Positions 31,536 to 41,590 of a stretch of DNA of 64,000 bases are shown in pieces. Position 1 is the stretch's first letter; each line of letters begins with the position of its first letter. The notes beneath the pieces are model-generated. The model saw only the letters and a program-made list of their open reading frames with translations, was not told the origin of the DNA and ran no database searches. The stretch comes from an uncultured Hydrogenophilales bacterium. Lineage in GTDB: Bacteria; Pseudomonadota; Gammaproteobacteria; Burkholderiales; Thiobacillaceae. The stretch is from positions 147,404 to 211,403 of the forward strand of contig CAWFTM010000014.1 of the NCBI GenBank assembly GCA_963818665.1, written 5' to 3'. Both the position numbers and the translations under genes were made by a program.

Positions 31536-32060
31536 ATGGCCAAGAAATTTAACCTGCGCGAATTTCAGACCACGCTTTCGCAGCAACTGCTGGCGGCGGC
31601 CAGTCGCGACAACACCGGATCCCGTCTCGGCTTCCGGGTGGGCGACGTGAACTGGCTGGTGAGTCTTTCCGATACCGAAGAGGTCATTCCGGTGCCGCCC
31701 ATCGCCAAGGTTCCTGGCGCGCGCCGCTGGTTTCGCGGGGTGGCCAATATTCGCGGCAACCTCTACTCGGTGAGTGATTTTTCCGATTTCATGGGACAGG
31801 GCGTGACGGCCGACCATGCCGACTGCCGGTTGCTGATTCCGCATCATGATTTTGGCGTGAATGCCGCGCTGCTGGTACGCAGCGCGCTGGGCTTGAGGAA
31901 CGTCAACCGTTACCAGTTACGCGACGCGCATTCCACTCACCCGTGGATTGCGCGCCAATACGCAGATGAAACGGGTAGTGCCTGGTGCGACATGGATTTT
32001 GGGCAATTACTCGGCAACGCTGATTTCATGCAGGTTGAAGCACAGTTGGGCAAGGATTGA
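31536..32060 (+). CDS. pilI: CheW-like protein PilI
   Basis: VPGARRWFRGVANIRGNL; operon position. Confidence 0.9.
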   Translation: MAKKFNLREFQTTLSQQLLAAASRDNTGSRLGFRVGDVNWLVSLSDTEEVIPVPPIAKVPGARRWFRGVANIRGNLYSVSDFSDFMGQGVTADHADCRLLIPHHDFGVNAALLVRSALGLRNVNRYQLRDAHSTHPWIARQYADETGSAWCDMDFGQLLGNADFMQVEAQLGKD

Positions 32061-32111
32061 ACACTAAATATCCGGCGCGGTTGCGCTGAAGAAAATGGAG
32101 AACTGAGAGCG

Positions 32112-34232
32112 ATGAACATGGCGATTACGATGAATGGTCTCAAGGGACTGGCAGGCCGCATGACGGACAAGGTCACGGGAAGCAAGGGCGGCGATCACAC
32201 CACCCTGATCATGCAGACCGTTCGCAAAATGGCGAGCAAGGAATCCAGCAAAGTGCCATTGGTCGGCCATTTGCCCGTCGACAAACAGTATCTCTATACC
32301 GGCGGCACCCTGATTGTGTCGCTGCTGCTGGCAGCCGGCTTCACCATCTACAGTTCGGTTCAACTGGATAACCGAAGCGGCTATGAGGCACGGTCGGGCG
32401 AACTGAAAGTGTTGAGCCAGCGGCTGCCTTTGACCGCTCAGCAATCGGTGCTGGGTAACGTCGAAGCGTTCAAGAAACTCAGCGCAGGCAAGGCCACGTT
32501 CGAAACGACCCTGACTGCCCTGACCGAAGGCGACGACGAGGTGCCTGCGACCGGTGGAGCCGCCCGCGAGACCTTGGGCGCCATCAGTGCGCAGTGGCAG
32601 AAATCGCAACCCGAGGTGGCGCAGATCCTGTCGCAGCAGAAGAACCTGATTGCGATGAGCAAGAACGTCAAGCGCATTAATGCCCTGAGTCTCGATTTGC
32701 TGACGGTTTCCGAGCAGTTGTCTGCACGCTTGCTGGAAACAGGTGCCAGTGCGCGCGAAGTGTCGCGTGCCAACCAGTTGGTCATGCTGAGCCAGCGCCT
32801 GCCGAAAAACGCCAACTTGCTGCTTACTTCCGACCTGATCGATCCCGCGGTGGTGCAGCAGCTGGAAAAAGACACCACCCTGTTCCGCGACACGGTGCAG
32901 GCACTGATGGAAGGTTCGGCCAGCCAGAACGAGGACAGCATGCTGATCCTGGAAGATGTGGGCGCCAACATGGGCGACATGGTGGAAGTGGTGGGTGCGG
33001 TGCTGTCGAAAACGCAACCGCTGCTGCAGGCCAAGCTGGCGGCGAACAAACTGTTCGCCAGCAGCGACACCCTGCTGAGTGATACCGAACAGCTGTCGAA
33101 AGACTATCAGTCGGTCGGCGGTACGGGTTACCTGCTGGCCGCCGTGTTCGGTGTGCTGGCGATTGGCTCCCTGGTGTTGCTGGGGCTGGTCAACATCAAC
33201 GAAACCAAATCGCGAGCCCGCAAGAGCGAGGAAGAAAACAGCCGCAACCAGGAAGCGATTCTGCGTCTGATGGACGAATTGGGCGAACTGGCGGAAGGCA
33301 ACCTCACCATCAACGCCAGCGTGACCGAGGACATCACCGGTGCAGTGGCCGACTCGATCAACTACACGGTGGAAGAGTTGCGCAGCCTGGTGCGCGGGAT
33401 CAACAACGCCACCGTGCAGATGGACCAGGCAGCCGGTCAGGCCGGTCAGATCTCTGATTCGCTGAAACTGGCGGCGCGCCGGCAGACTGAGGAAATCGAG
33501 GAAACCTCGGCCGCCGTCGTCAACCTGGCGCAGTCGGTGCAGCAGGTGTCCGGCAACGCCGCCGAAGGCGCACGCGTGGCCGAACAATCGCTGGCTGCCG
33601 CCGAAAAAGGCCAGCAGGCAGTGTCCAATGCTATTTCGAGCATGAACGGCCTGCGCGAACAGATCCAGGAAACCTCGAAGCGAATCAAGCGTCTCGGCGA
33701 ATCGTCACAGGAAATTGGCGAAATCGTCGAACTGATTTCCGACATTACCGAACAGACCAACGTGCTGGCACTCAACGCAGCCATTCAGGCGGCGTCCGCC
33801 GGTGAAGCCGGTCGCGGCTTCTCGGTGGTGGCGGAAGAAGTGCAGCGGCTGGCGGAACGCTCCGCCGATGCGACCAAGCAGATCGCGGCGATCGTGAAGA
33901 CCATTCAGTCGGATACCCACGATACGGTGGCGGCGATGGAGGTCTCGACGCAGGGCGTGGTCGAAGGCGCCAAGCTGTCCGATGCCGCCGGTCAGACGCT
34001 GGCCGAGATTGGCGACGTGTCGAAGAAACTGGCCGGCCTGATTGCCGACATTTCCGCGGCGACCCAGGATCAGGCGGAATCGACTGCCAAGGTGGCCGAA
34101 ACCATGCAGGACATCAAGGCGATTTCTGCACAGACCACCAGCGGCACGCAGCAAACATCCGAGTCAATTGGCGGCATGAAGCAATTGGCACAAGACCTCA
34201 AGAGCTCGGTCGCAGGCTTCAAGCTCGCCTGA
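32112..34232 (+). CDS. pilJ: Methyl-accepting chemotaxis protein PilJ
   Basis: [18 protein letters not shown]; [30 protein letters not shown]. Confidence 0.95.
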   Translation: MNMAITMNGLKGLAGRMTDKVTGSKGGDHTTLIMQTVRKMASKESSKVPLVGHLPVDKQYLYTGGTLIVSLLLAAGFTIYSSVQLDNRSGYEARSGELKVLSQRLPLTAQQSVLGNVEAFKKLSAGKATFETTLTALTEGDDEVPATGGAARETLGAISAQWQKSQPEVAQILSQQKNLIAMSKNVKRINALSLDLLTVSEQLSARLLETGASAREVSRANQLVMLSQRLPKNANLLLTSDLIDPAVVQQLEKDTTLFRDTVQALMEGSASQNEDSMLILEDVGANMGDMVEVVGAVLSKTQPLLQAKLAANKLFASSDTLLSDTEQLSKDYQSVGGTGYLLAAVFGVLAIGSLVLLGLVNINETKSRARKSEEENSRNQEAILRLMDELGELAEGNLTINASVTEDITGAVADSINYTVEELRSLVRGINNATVQMDQAAGQAGQISDSLKLAARRQTEEIEETSAAVVNLAQSVQQVSGNAAEGARVAEQSLAAAEKGQQAVSNAISSMNGLREQIQETSKRIKRLGESSQEIGEIVELISDITEQTNVLALNAAIQAASAGEAGRGFSVVAEEVQRLAERSADATKQIAAIVKTIQSDTHDTVAAMEVSTQGVVEGAKLSDAAGQTLAEIGDVSKKLAGLIADISAATQDQAESTAKVAETMQDIKAISAQTTSGTQQTSESIGGMKQLAQDLKSSVAGFKLA

Positions 34233-34300
34233 TCGGTCTGCCTACAACACGAAGCGAGCAGCCGATTCGGCACTGCAATCAACGTCAGGAACAACACACC

Positions 34301-37300
34301 ATGAGCGCCTTACTCGATTACGATACTGGCCCCCTGAACTGGGTACGCGGGGACATCGATGCCGCACTGCAAGCCGCCCTCGGGCGCGTGCAGGCCTTCA
34401 ATGTCGACGCCGATTTGATCAACGCCCTGCGTCTGGCTCGCGACGATGCGCATCAGGTGGTCGGTGCGCTGCGCATGGTCGGCCTGGAGGGCGCGGCCAC
34501 CCTGGCCGGCGCGCTGGAATCCTGTCTGGCCGACATCAACGAAAACCGCTTGCAGCCCGACGACGAAGTGCTGCGCGCATTGCGCAACACCCTGGAAGGA
34601 CTGCAACGCTGGATCAAGGATCTGGCCGACGGACGCGGCAGTGGCGAGCTGGCACTGTTCCCCCTGTACAAGCGCTTGCGTGAACTGCAAGGAGCCGAGC
34701 GGGTATTCGAGGGCGAACTGTTCTTCCCCGATCTGCGCACTCGCGTATTGGGCAAGGCCGCCAATGACAGCCTTACGCAGGAGGCCCTGGCAGCCGAAGT
34801 CAAAATCGCGCGTGGCTTGTTCCAGCGCGGCCTGCTGGCTTTCCTGCGCAATGCCGAGGCAGAGCAGGGCTTGCGGCGCATGCGCGACGCGCTGGCGGCA
34901 ATCGAACGCATTGCACCGTCGCAGGCCTCGCAAACTTTCTGGTGGGCTTGCGTCGGCTTTGTCGACAGCCTGATTGCGCATGGTGTCGAAGCCGATTTTC
35001 ACGTCAAGCAGCTGCTGGCCCGTGTCGACCTGCAAATGCGCCGCCTGATGGAAGGTTCGCCGCAGGTTGCCGAACGCCTGTTGCGCGATGCCCTGTTTTT
35101 TGTGGCCAAGAGCCAGACGCTGGATGGCCGCGCAGCGGAAGTCCGCGCGACGCTCGGTCTGGATCGCTATCTGCCGGGTCGCGGCTTGCTCGATCCCGAA
35201 GCGCTGGCGCGCATGCGTCCGCTGCTGGATGCCATGCAAGCCGGCCTGAAGGCTGCGCGCGACAACTGGCATGCCTATGTGGAAGGCCAGGCCGAGCAGT
35301 TGGCCCAGTTCCAGAACCAACTGGAGCGCATGCAGCCGCAGGCGCAAATGTTCGAAGGCAGCGGCTTGCCGCTGCTGCTGAGCGAGCTGGCTGCTGCGGC
35401 GAACTTGGCCGCCCAGCGCGAAGGTGACGCGCGCGAACAGATGAACCTGGAGGTCGCGTCCACCCTGCTGTTCATGCAAAACGCCGTCGATCAGGAAGAT
35501 GTGCTGCACGGCGATTTCTCGGCCCGTGCCGAGGGCCAGCAGGCACGCCTGCGTGCCCTGATCGAAGGCCGCGAAATGCCTGCCAATACGATGACGGATA
35601 CTCACCAGCGCGAAGCCGAGCGCGACATGCTGGTGCATATGGCGCAGGAAGTCGGACAAAATCTGAAACAGATGGAGGAGGCGCTGGATGCCTTCTTCCG
35701 CGATGCCAACGAGCGTGAGGCGCTGGCGAATTTGCCGGTGCTGGCGCAGCAGGCGCAAGGCGCGCTGACCATGCTGGAGCTTCCCGATGCCGCCAGCCTG
35801 CTGGCCGCCGCTGCGGCGACCGCACAGCCGTTTGCCACTGAAGGCTATCCGGACGACGCTACGCAGCGGCGTCTGGCCGATGCCTTCTCCAGCCTCGGGA
35901 TCTATATCGAGGCCTACTGTGCCGGCCGTATCGATGCCGCCAGAATCCTGCGTCCGGTGTTGATCGATTTTGGTGTGATCGATGCCACCAGCGTGGAAGA
36001 AGACACGTTCGAAGATACCGTCGAATCCGGCCTGTCTGCCCGCAAGGCTGACGTGCAGGCGGGTTATCTGGACTGGCGCGACCAGTCCGGGGACGACGCA
36101 AAAAAAAAGTTCCTTGATGCGTTGACCGAGCTCAACCGCGACGCCGAGCTGATCGATGACGCCGAGCTGAAACGGCAGACGCACGCGGCGCTCGACGCAA
36201 CGCGCGACGCGCTCGAAGCGCCGCTGGCACTCGATACCGAGATCGCCGCCCTGACCGGGCTGCCGTTGCCCGAACGTGCCGCCGTCGAGATTCCCCCGGT
36301 GCCTGATGTGACGGTCAATGAAGCGATCGTTGCGGTCGCAAGTGACCGGGTGACGCAGGACCTGAAGATGGCTGCGTTCATCGAAACGTTGGCGATCGAG
36401 GCCGAAGTCCCGGTAACTGCCGCCGTCATCGAGATCGCCCAGCCGCAACCGCTGGCCGAAGCCACGTCCACCGCATCAGGCGAAACCACAGTGGTGTCCG
36501 AGGACATGCTGTTGGCCACCATTCCCGAGGATTCCGAGCCGGAACTGCTGGAGATTTTCCTGGAGGAAGCCAGCGAGGTGCTGGTCACCCTGAACGAAGC
36601 CCGCGAGGTCTGCCAGAGCAATCCGGATGACTCCGCTTCCATGACGGTGATTCGCCGCGGCTTCCACACCCTCAAAGGAAGCGGCCGCATGGTCGGCCTG
36701 AACGATCTGGGCGAGACCGCATGGCATCTGGAGCAACTGATGAACGGCTGGCTGGCCGAGAACAAATCGGCCAGCGGCGACTTGTTGCGTCTGATCGGAC
36801 GTGCGCGTGAGGTCTTCCAGGACTGGGTCAACGCGCTGCAGGCCAATCAAGTCATTGCCTTGCCGGTGCCCGCCCTGTTGGCAGCGGTCGAACGCGTGGC
36901 GCAGGGCCAGCCGCTGGATCTTGCGCCGGTGTCGGCAGTCGCGACGGATGAAGTGGACGCGGTGAGCGAAGCCGAAGCGGTTGTCGAGCCGGTGGCGGAA
37001 GTGCTGACGCATACTGAAATCGAAGCAGAGATCGCGGCCGAGCCGGAGTTCGAGACCGCGCCCGTTGCCGAGATGGAAATCGACTGGATGACGCCGTCAT
37101 CCGGCGAAGAGGAAGTTGCGGTCGAGTATGGCGAGGCCATGACCGCCGATGTTGCGGAATCTGCCAGCGACGCTGAAGGCGTCGAGTCTTATGCCGAAGC
37201 CGCCCCGGAACAGGCAGACGCGTTGCAGCCTGAGTTTGCTGAATCACTGGCAGAGGTGGTCGTGCTGGATGTGGGCGCCATCATCGAATACGCCGTGGCC

Positions 37301-40300
37301 CCCCCGCAGGAATCGACGGTATTCGAGCCCATCGTCTGCGTCGAAGCCGAATTGCCCGACGTCGAATCCTATGCAGAGCCGGAGGTGTCCGACGAGATAT
37401 GCATCGGTTCGGTCTGCCTCTCTGCCGGCCTGCACGAAATTTTCATGACCGAAGCACAGCAGCGCCTGGCGGTGCTGCAGGAAGAGATCGAGCGGCATGC
37501 CGAGTCCGGCAGCAGCACGGTGAGCGAGCACGCGCGCCGGGCCATCCACACGCTCGGCGGCATTGCGGGCACGGCCGGCATTGCCGCCCTGTCCGAGCTG
37601 TCGCATGCGCTCGAGTCGTATTGGAACCGCTTTGCGCAAACCCCTTTGCCGTCAGCCCATTTGTCGCTGGTGCAGGACACGGTCGGGCGTTTGTACGGCA
37701 TGTTTGCCGCCATCGAGCGTCTGCAATTGCCCGAGGCGGCGGACGATCTGATCGCCGTTCTGGGCGAACTGGAGAACGAACAGTTCACGCCGGCAGCCGA
37801 AGTCGTGGCCACAGCGGATGAGGCACCGGTCGAGATCGGCACGTCGGCTGTCGACATGCCGGTCGAACCGGTTCTGGAAATGCCGCCAGTCGACACGACT
37901 CCGATCGAACAACCGGTCGCGCCCCCTTCGATGGATGTGCCGGCCGAGGCCGTCAGCGGTCCGCTGGACGTCAGCGCACTGGTGCCGGATATCAAGCTCG
38001 CAGCGCCGAAGCCGGTGTTCGAACGGCGCGAAGTGGCCGATGAAATCGACCAACAGTTGTTGCCCATTTTCCTCGAGGAAGCCGAGGCTCTGGTACCGGA
38101 TACCAGTGCGCAACTGCGCGCCTGGCAAGCTGCGCCCGGTGAAACGGCAGCACGCGATGCGTTGCGGCGCAATCTGCACACCATCAAGGGCAGCGCGCGC
38201 ATGGTCGGCGCGATGCGCATGGGCGAACTGACACACGTCATGGAATCGCGCGTGATCGCGGTCATCGAAGGCAATCTGAATCCGGGTGCCGAGGTGTTCA
38301 ACACGCTGGAAGCGCAGTTCGACCGGCTGGCCGATATCGTGGAGCGCTTGAAGCGGGGCGAACTGGCGCCGCTGGCCGAAGACGAATCTGCGCCGCTGCA
38401 GGCGCCGGTCGAACCGGTGCTGGCATCGGCTGATTTGGCATCCGCCGCAATCGCCACTGCACGGGCAACCACGCAGCCGGTTACGCGCGACAGCAACGCG
38501 CTGACCCTGCGGGTGCGCGCCGACTGGATCGACCGGCTGGTCAACCAGGCCGGCGAGGTCGCGATTGCACGGTCGCGGATCGAGAGCGAAGTGTTCGCGT
38601 TCAAGCGTCATGTCGGCGAACTGTCGGATGCGCTGGTGCGCCTGCGCGGCCACATCCGCGAAGTCGAGATCCAGGCCGAATCGCAGATGCAGGCGAATTT
38701 CCAGACGCAGGGCGTGGCCGAACAGTTCGACCCGCTGGAGTTCGACCGCTTCACCCGCTTCCAGGAGGTCACGCGCTTCCTGGCGGAAAGCGTGAACGAC
38801 ATTTCCACGGTGCAGCATATTCTGCTGGCCCGCCTGGGCGAAGCCGATGCCGCGCTGATCCAGCAGACGCGCCTCAACCGCGAACTGCAACAGGATTTGC
38901 TGCGGGTGCGCATGGTGCCGCTGTATTCGGTGGCCGAGCGTCTGTATCGCACCGTTCGCCAGACTGCGCGCGATGTGGACAAGCGCGCCCAGCTCGACAT
39001 TCAGGGCGGCGAGCTGGAAATCGACCGTTCGGTGCTGGAAAAAGTCACCGCACCGCTCGAGCATCTGCTGCGCAATGCACTGGCGCACGGCATTGAATCG
39101 CCCGAGGATCGTCGCGCGGCCGGCAAGGCCGAGTTCGGCGAAATCGTGCTGTCTGCGCGCCAGTCCGGCAACGAAATGATGCTGACCGTGAAAGACGACG
39201 GGGGTGGCCTCAATTACGCGCGCATCCGCGAAAAGGCCGAGGCCAATGGCCTGCTGCTGCCGGGCGTGGAGCCCACCGAAACGCTGTTGGCGCAGATGAT
39301 TTTTGCCGCCGGCTTCTCCACCGCGGACGTGGTGAGCGAAGTCGCCGGACGCGGCGTCGGCATGGATGTGGTGAAGAGCGAAATCTCCGCCCTCGGCGGA
39401 CGCATCGACATTACCTCGGTGCCGGGCGCCGGAACCAGTTTCAACATCTATCTGCCGCTGACGCTGGCGATGACCCAGGCGGTCATGATCCAGGCCGGCA
39501 AGCACGATTACGCGCTGCCGGCACCGCTGGTGCAGCAGGTGCTGGAACTCAAGCCGGCGGAACTGGAACAGTCGATGGCGGCGGGCGAAGTGACCTGGCG
39601 CGGCGCGCGTTACCCGTTCTCCTATCTGCCGCATCTGCTGGGCGACACCGAGGCGGTGCACGAAGTGCAGCGCTACAACCCGGTGGTGCTGCTGAAGAGC
39701 GGTGCCAGCCAGGTGGCGGTGCTGGTCGACCTGATCGAAGGCACGCGTGAAATCGTGGTCAAGAACATCGGGCCGCAGATGGCGCGCATCACCGGCGTGG
39801 CCGGTGCCACGGTGCGCGGCGACGGACGCGTGATCCTGATTCTGAACCCGGTGCCGCTGGCGCTGCGCTGGGCCAGCATGCCGCGCACCGCGGTGGAACG
39901 CACGGCACCTGCCGAAGCGGCCGAAGTCAGCAGCGCCCTGCAGCCGCCGCTGGTGCTGGTAGTGGACGACTCGCTCACCGTGCGCAAGATCACTACCCGT
40001 CTCCTGACCCGCGAAGGTTTCCGTGTCGACAGCGCGAAGGACGGTGTCGATGCGCTGGAAAAAATGCGCGATCTGGTGCCCGACGTGGTGCTGCTCGACG
40101 TCGAAATGCCGCGCATGGACGGCTTCGAACTGGCGCGCGTGATGCGCAGCGACGAGCGCCTGAAATCGGTGCCGATCATCATGATCACCTCGCGTACGGC
40201 GGACAAGCACCGCAATCACGCGCTGGAAATCGGCGTCAATGTGTACCTGGGCAAGCCGTATCAGGAGCAATTGCTGCTCGACCATATCGCCGAGCAGTTA

Positions 40301-40327
40301 GGGCAGGAGGCCGCTCAGCCTGCGTAA
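34301..40327 (+). CDS. chpA: CheA-like multi-Hpt hybrid kinase ChpA (PilL)
   Basis: Hpt motifs HQVVGA, FHTLKGS, IHTLGG, LHTIKGS; HLLRNALAHGIE; GRGVGMDVV; CheW domain; C-terminal REC. Confidence 0.95.
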   Translation: MSALLDYDTGPLNWVRGDIDAALQAALGRVQAFNVDADLINALRLARDDAHQVVGALRMVGLEGAATLAGALESCLADINENRLQPDDEVLRALRNTLEGLQRWIKDLADGRGSGELALFPLYKRLRELQGAERVFEGELFFPDLRTRVLGKAANDSLTQEALAAEVKIARGLFQRGLLAFLRNAEAEQGLRRMRDALAAIERIAPSQASQTFWWACVGFVDSLIAHGVEADFHVKQLLARVDLQMRRLMEGSPQVAERLLRDALFFVAKSQTLDGRAAEVRATLGLDRYLPGRGLLDPEALARMRPLLDAMQAGLKAARDNWHAYVEGQAEQLAQFQNQLERMQPQAQMFEGSGLPLLLSELAAAANLAAQREGDAREQMNLEVASTLLFMQNAVDQEDVLHGDFSARAEGQQARLRALIEGREMPANTMTDTHQREAERDMLVHMAQEVGQNLKQMEEALDAFFRDANEREALANLPVLAQQAQGALTMLELPDAASLLAAAAATAQPFATEGYPDDATQRRLADAFSSLGIYIEAYCAGRIDAARILRPVLIDFGVIDATSVEEDTFEDTVESGLSARKADVQAGYLDWRDQSGDDAKKKFLDALTELNRDAELIDDAELKRQTHAALDATRDALEAPLALDTEIAALTGLPLPERAAVEIPPVPDVTVNEAIVAVASDRVTQDLKMAAFIETLAIEAEVPVTAAVIEIAQPQPLAEATSTASGETTVVSEDMLLATIPEDSEPELLEIFLEEASEVLVTLNEAREVCQSNPDDSASMTVIRRGFHTLKGSGRMVGLNDLGETAWHLEQLMNGWLAENKSASGDLLRLIGRAREVFQDWVNALQANQVIALPVPALLAAVERVAQGQPLDLAPVSAVATDEVDAVSEAEAVVEPVAEVLTHTEIEAEIAAEPEFETAPVAEMEIDWMTPSSGEEEVAVEYGEAMTADVAESASDAEGVESYAEAAPEQADALQPEFAESLAEVVVLDVGAIIEYAVAPPQESTVFEPIVCVEAELPDVESYAEPEVSDEICIGSVCLSAGLHEIFMTEAQQRLAVLQEEIERHAESGSSTVSEHARRAIHTLGGIAGTAGIAALSELSHALESYWNRFAQTPLPSAHLSLVQDTVGRLYGMFAAIERLQLPEAADDLIAVLGELENEQFTPAAEVVATADEAPVEIGTSAVDMPVEPVLEMPPVDTTPIEQPVAPPSMDVPAEAVSGPLDVSALVPDIKLAAPKPVFERREVADEIDQQLLPIFLEEAEALVPDTSAQLRAWQAAPGETAARDALRRNLHTIKGSARMVGAMRMGELTHVMESRVIAVIEGNLNPGAEVFNTLEAQFDRLADIVERLKRGELAPLAEDESAPLQAPVEPVLASADLASAAIATARATTQPVTRDSNALTLRVRADWIDRLVNQAGEVAIARSRIESEVFAFKRHVGELSDALVRLRGHIREVEIQAESQMQANFQTQGVAEQFDPLEFDRFTRFQEVTRFLAESVNDISTVQHILLARLGEADAALIQQTRLNRELQQDLLRVRMVPLYSVAERLYRTVRQTARDVDKRAQLDIQGGELEIDRSVLEKVTAPLEHLLRNALAHGIESPEDRRAAGKAEFGEIVLSARQSGNEMMLTVKDDGGGLNYARIREKAEANGLLLPGVEPTETLLAQMIFAAGFSTADVVSEVAGRGVGMDVVKSEISALGGRIDITSVPGAGTSFNIYLPLTLAMTQAVMIQAGKHDYALPAPLVQQVLELKPAELEQSMAAGEVTWRGARYPFSYLPHLLGDTEAVHEVQRYNPVVLLKSGASQVAVLVDLIEGTREIVVKNIGPQMARITGVAGATVRGDGRVILILNPVPLALRWASMPRTAVERTAPAEAAEVSSALQPPLVLVVDDSLTVRKITTRLLTREGFRVDSAKDGVDALEKMRDLVPDVVLLDVEMPRMDGFELARVMRSDERLKSVPIIMITSRTADKHRNHALEIGVNVYLGKPYQEQLLLDHIAEQLGQEAAQPA

Positions 40328-40342
40328 ACCGGCAAGGGTCGT

Positions 40343-40383
40343 GGCGAAAAAAACGGGCGATCAGATCGCCCGTTTTTTTCGCC
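40343..40383. terminator. Bidirectional rho-independent terminator between convergent genes
   Basis: GGCGAAAAAAACGGGCGATC-A-GATCGCCCGTTTTTTTCGCC. Confidence 0.9.
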
Positions 40384-40394
40384 CGGCGTATCCG

Positions 40395-41450
40395 CTAAAG
40401 CTTGAGACCGGCGAGGTCGCCGCCTGCCAGCGCATTGAGTCGCGCATCGCCCTGTGACGGATCGTGCTGATACGTGGCGGTCAGCTGTTTCGCCACGCTC
40501 AGCCAGTGGGGTTCGGCGCGGGATACGGCCTCAGCGAGCCTGAGCGTATCGTGGTCGCCCAGCCAGCTTTCGTACGCCAGCGACAGCGCCGGAAACAGCG
40601 CGCGCCGCAGCCCGGAAAGATTGGCCAGATAAAAGTGCAACGAGCCGAATGCCTCGCGTTCGAGCAGCGTCGGCAACGTGACCATACAGTCAGCCAGATG
40701 GTCGCGCACCGCGCGCGCCAGCAATTCGGCATGACGTGAAGCGAGCTGGCCGAGCATTTCGTTCCAGTCTTCGCCCAGCAGCGATTCCGCGCGCGCCTCG
40801 CCGATTTCGTGCAGGATCATCACCTCGCTCTCGGCTTCGGCCATGCGGTCGAGTCCGCGCTCGATATCGCGCTCGAAGTCGTAGTGGGCAAATGCGCGTC
40901 CCAGCGCGGTGTCCTTTTCCTTCCACTGCCACTCTTCGTACTTGTTCCACAGCAGACGACGCACCGCGTCCATGCGCAGGAAAATCGCGCCGTCGCGCAT
41001 CGCCGCCGGCGGCGCGATCAGGTCGCGCGCATATTCGCAGCCGGCCACCAGCACCTGCACGCCTTCGCGCACCTCGGCGCGCTTGAGTTCGGCCAGCACG
41101 AAATGCGGTTTGCGGAAATGCCCCAGCCCGCTGCTGTAGACCAGGCCCAGCGGCATCAGCGCACGATTGATGTCGTTGGCGTCGAACGGATCGATGCCGG
41201 TTGCGTTCAGCGGCAGGGGGGCGAAGTCTTCTTCTTCCACCGTGTCCCACAGGCTTTCGCGTGCGTTCAGCCAGTCGCCCAGTTCGTCCTTGGGGAGCCG
41301 TGCGCCGTAGGGGATTTCCATTTCCCAGCGGTAGTACTCGCGCATTTCCAGCAGAAAGGTGCACATCGTCATGTCGCGCGCGTGACGGGCGTCGGCAATG
41401 GTGCAGTTTTTCTGCACGGTGTCGATGAGGGCGGAGAGGTTTTCGACCAT
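40395..41450 (-). CDS. Conserved hypothetical protein, Sfum_1244-like family
   Basis: VQKNCTIADARHA...CTFLLEMREYYRWE; GLGHFRKPHFVLAEL; ILHEIGE (family from recall). Confidence 0.7.
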   Translation of the reverse strand: MVENLSALIDTVQKNCTIADARHARDMTMCTFLLEMREYYRWEMEIPYGARLPKDELGDWLNARESLWDTVEEEDFAPLPLNATGIDPFDANDINRALMPLGLVYSSGLGHFRKPHFVLAELKRAEVREGVQVLVAGCEYARDLIAPPAAMRDGAIFLRMDAVRRLLWNKYEEWQWKEKDTALGRAFAHYDFERDIERGLDRMAEAESEVMILHEIGEARAESLLGEDWNEMLGQLASRHAELLARAVRDHLADCMVTLPTLLEREAFGSLHFYLANLSGLRRALFPALSLAYESWLGDHDTLRLAEAVSRAEPHWLSVAKQLTATYQHDPSQGDARLNALAGGDLAGLKL

Positions 41451-41491
41451 GTGCGACTCCAGAAAACAGCTTCACTCCCAGTGTACAAATA

Positions 41492-41519
41492 AAAACAGCC
41501 CGTGCAACCGGGCTGTTTT
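41492..41519 (-). terminator. Probable terminator of the 41591-43423 gene
   Basis: AAAACAGCCC-N8-GGGCTGTTTT; T-tract on the minus strand. Confidence 0.65.
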
Positions 41520-41590
41520 CAGGGGTATACGATTTCACATGTGCTTTAGCGCATAGTGAATCGGAGTCCTTTAGGGGTATTGCCGGGGAC

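Noticed and set aside
30725-40327. Pil-Chp cluster lacking pilK/chpB/chpC as a novelty
   Set aside because: A reduced pilGHIJ-chpA set is, to my knowledge, common in Betaproteobacteria
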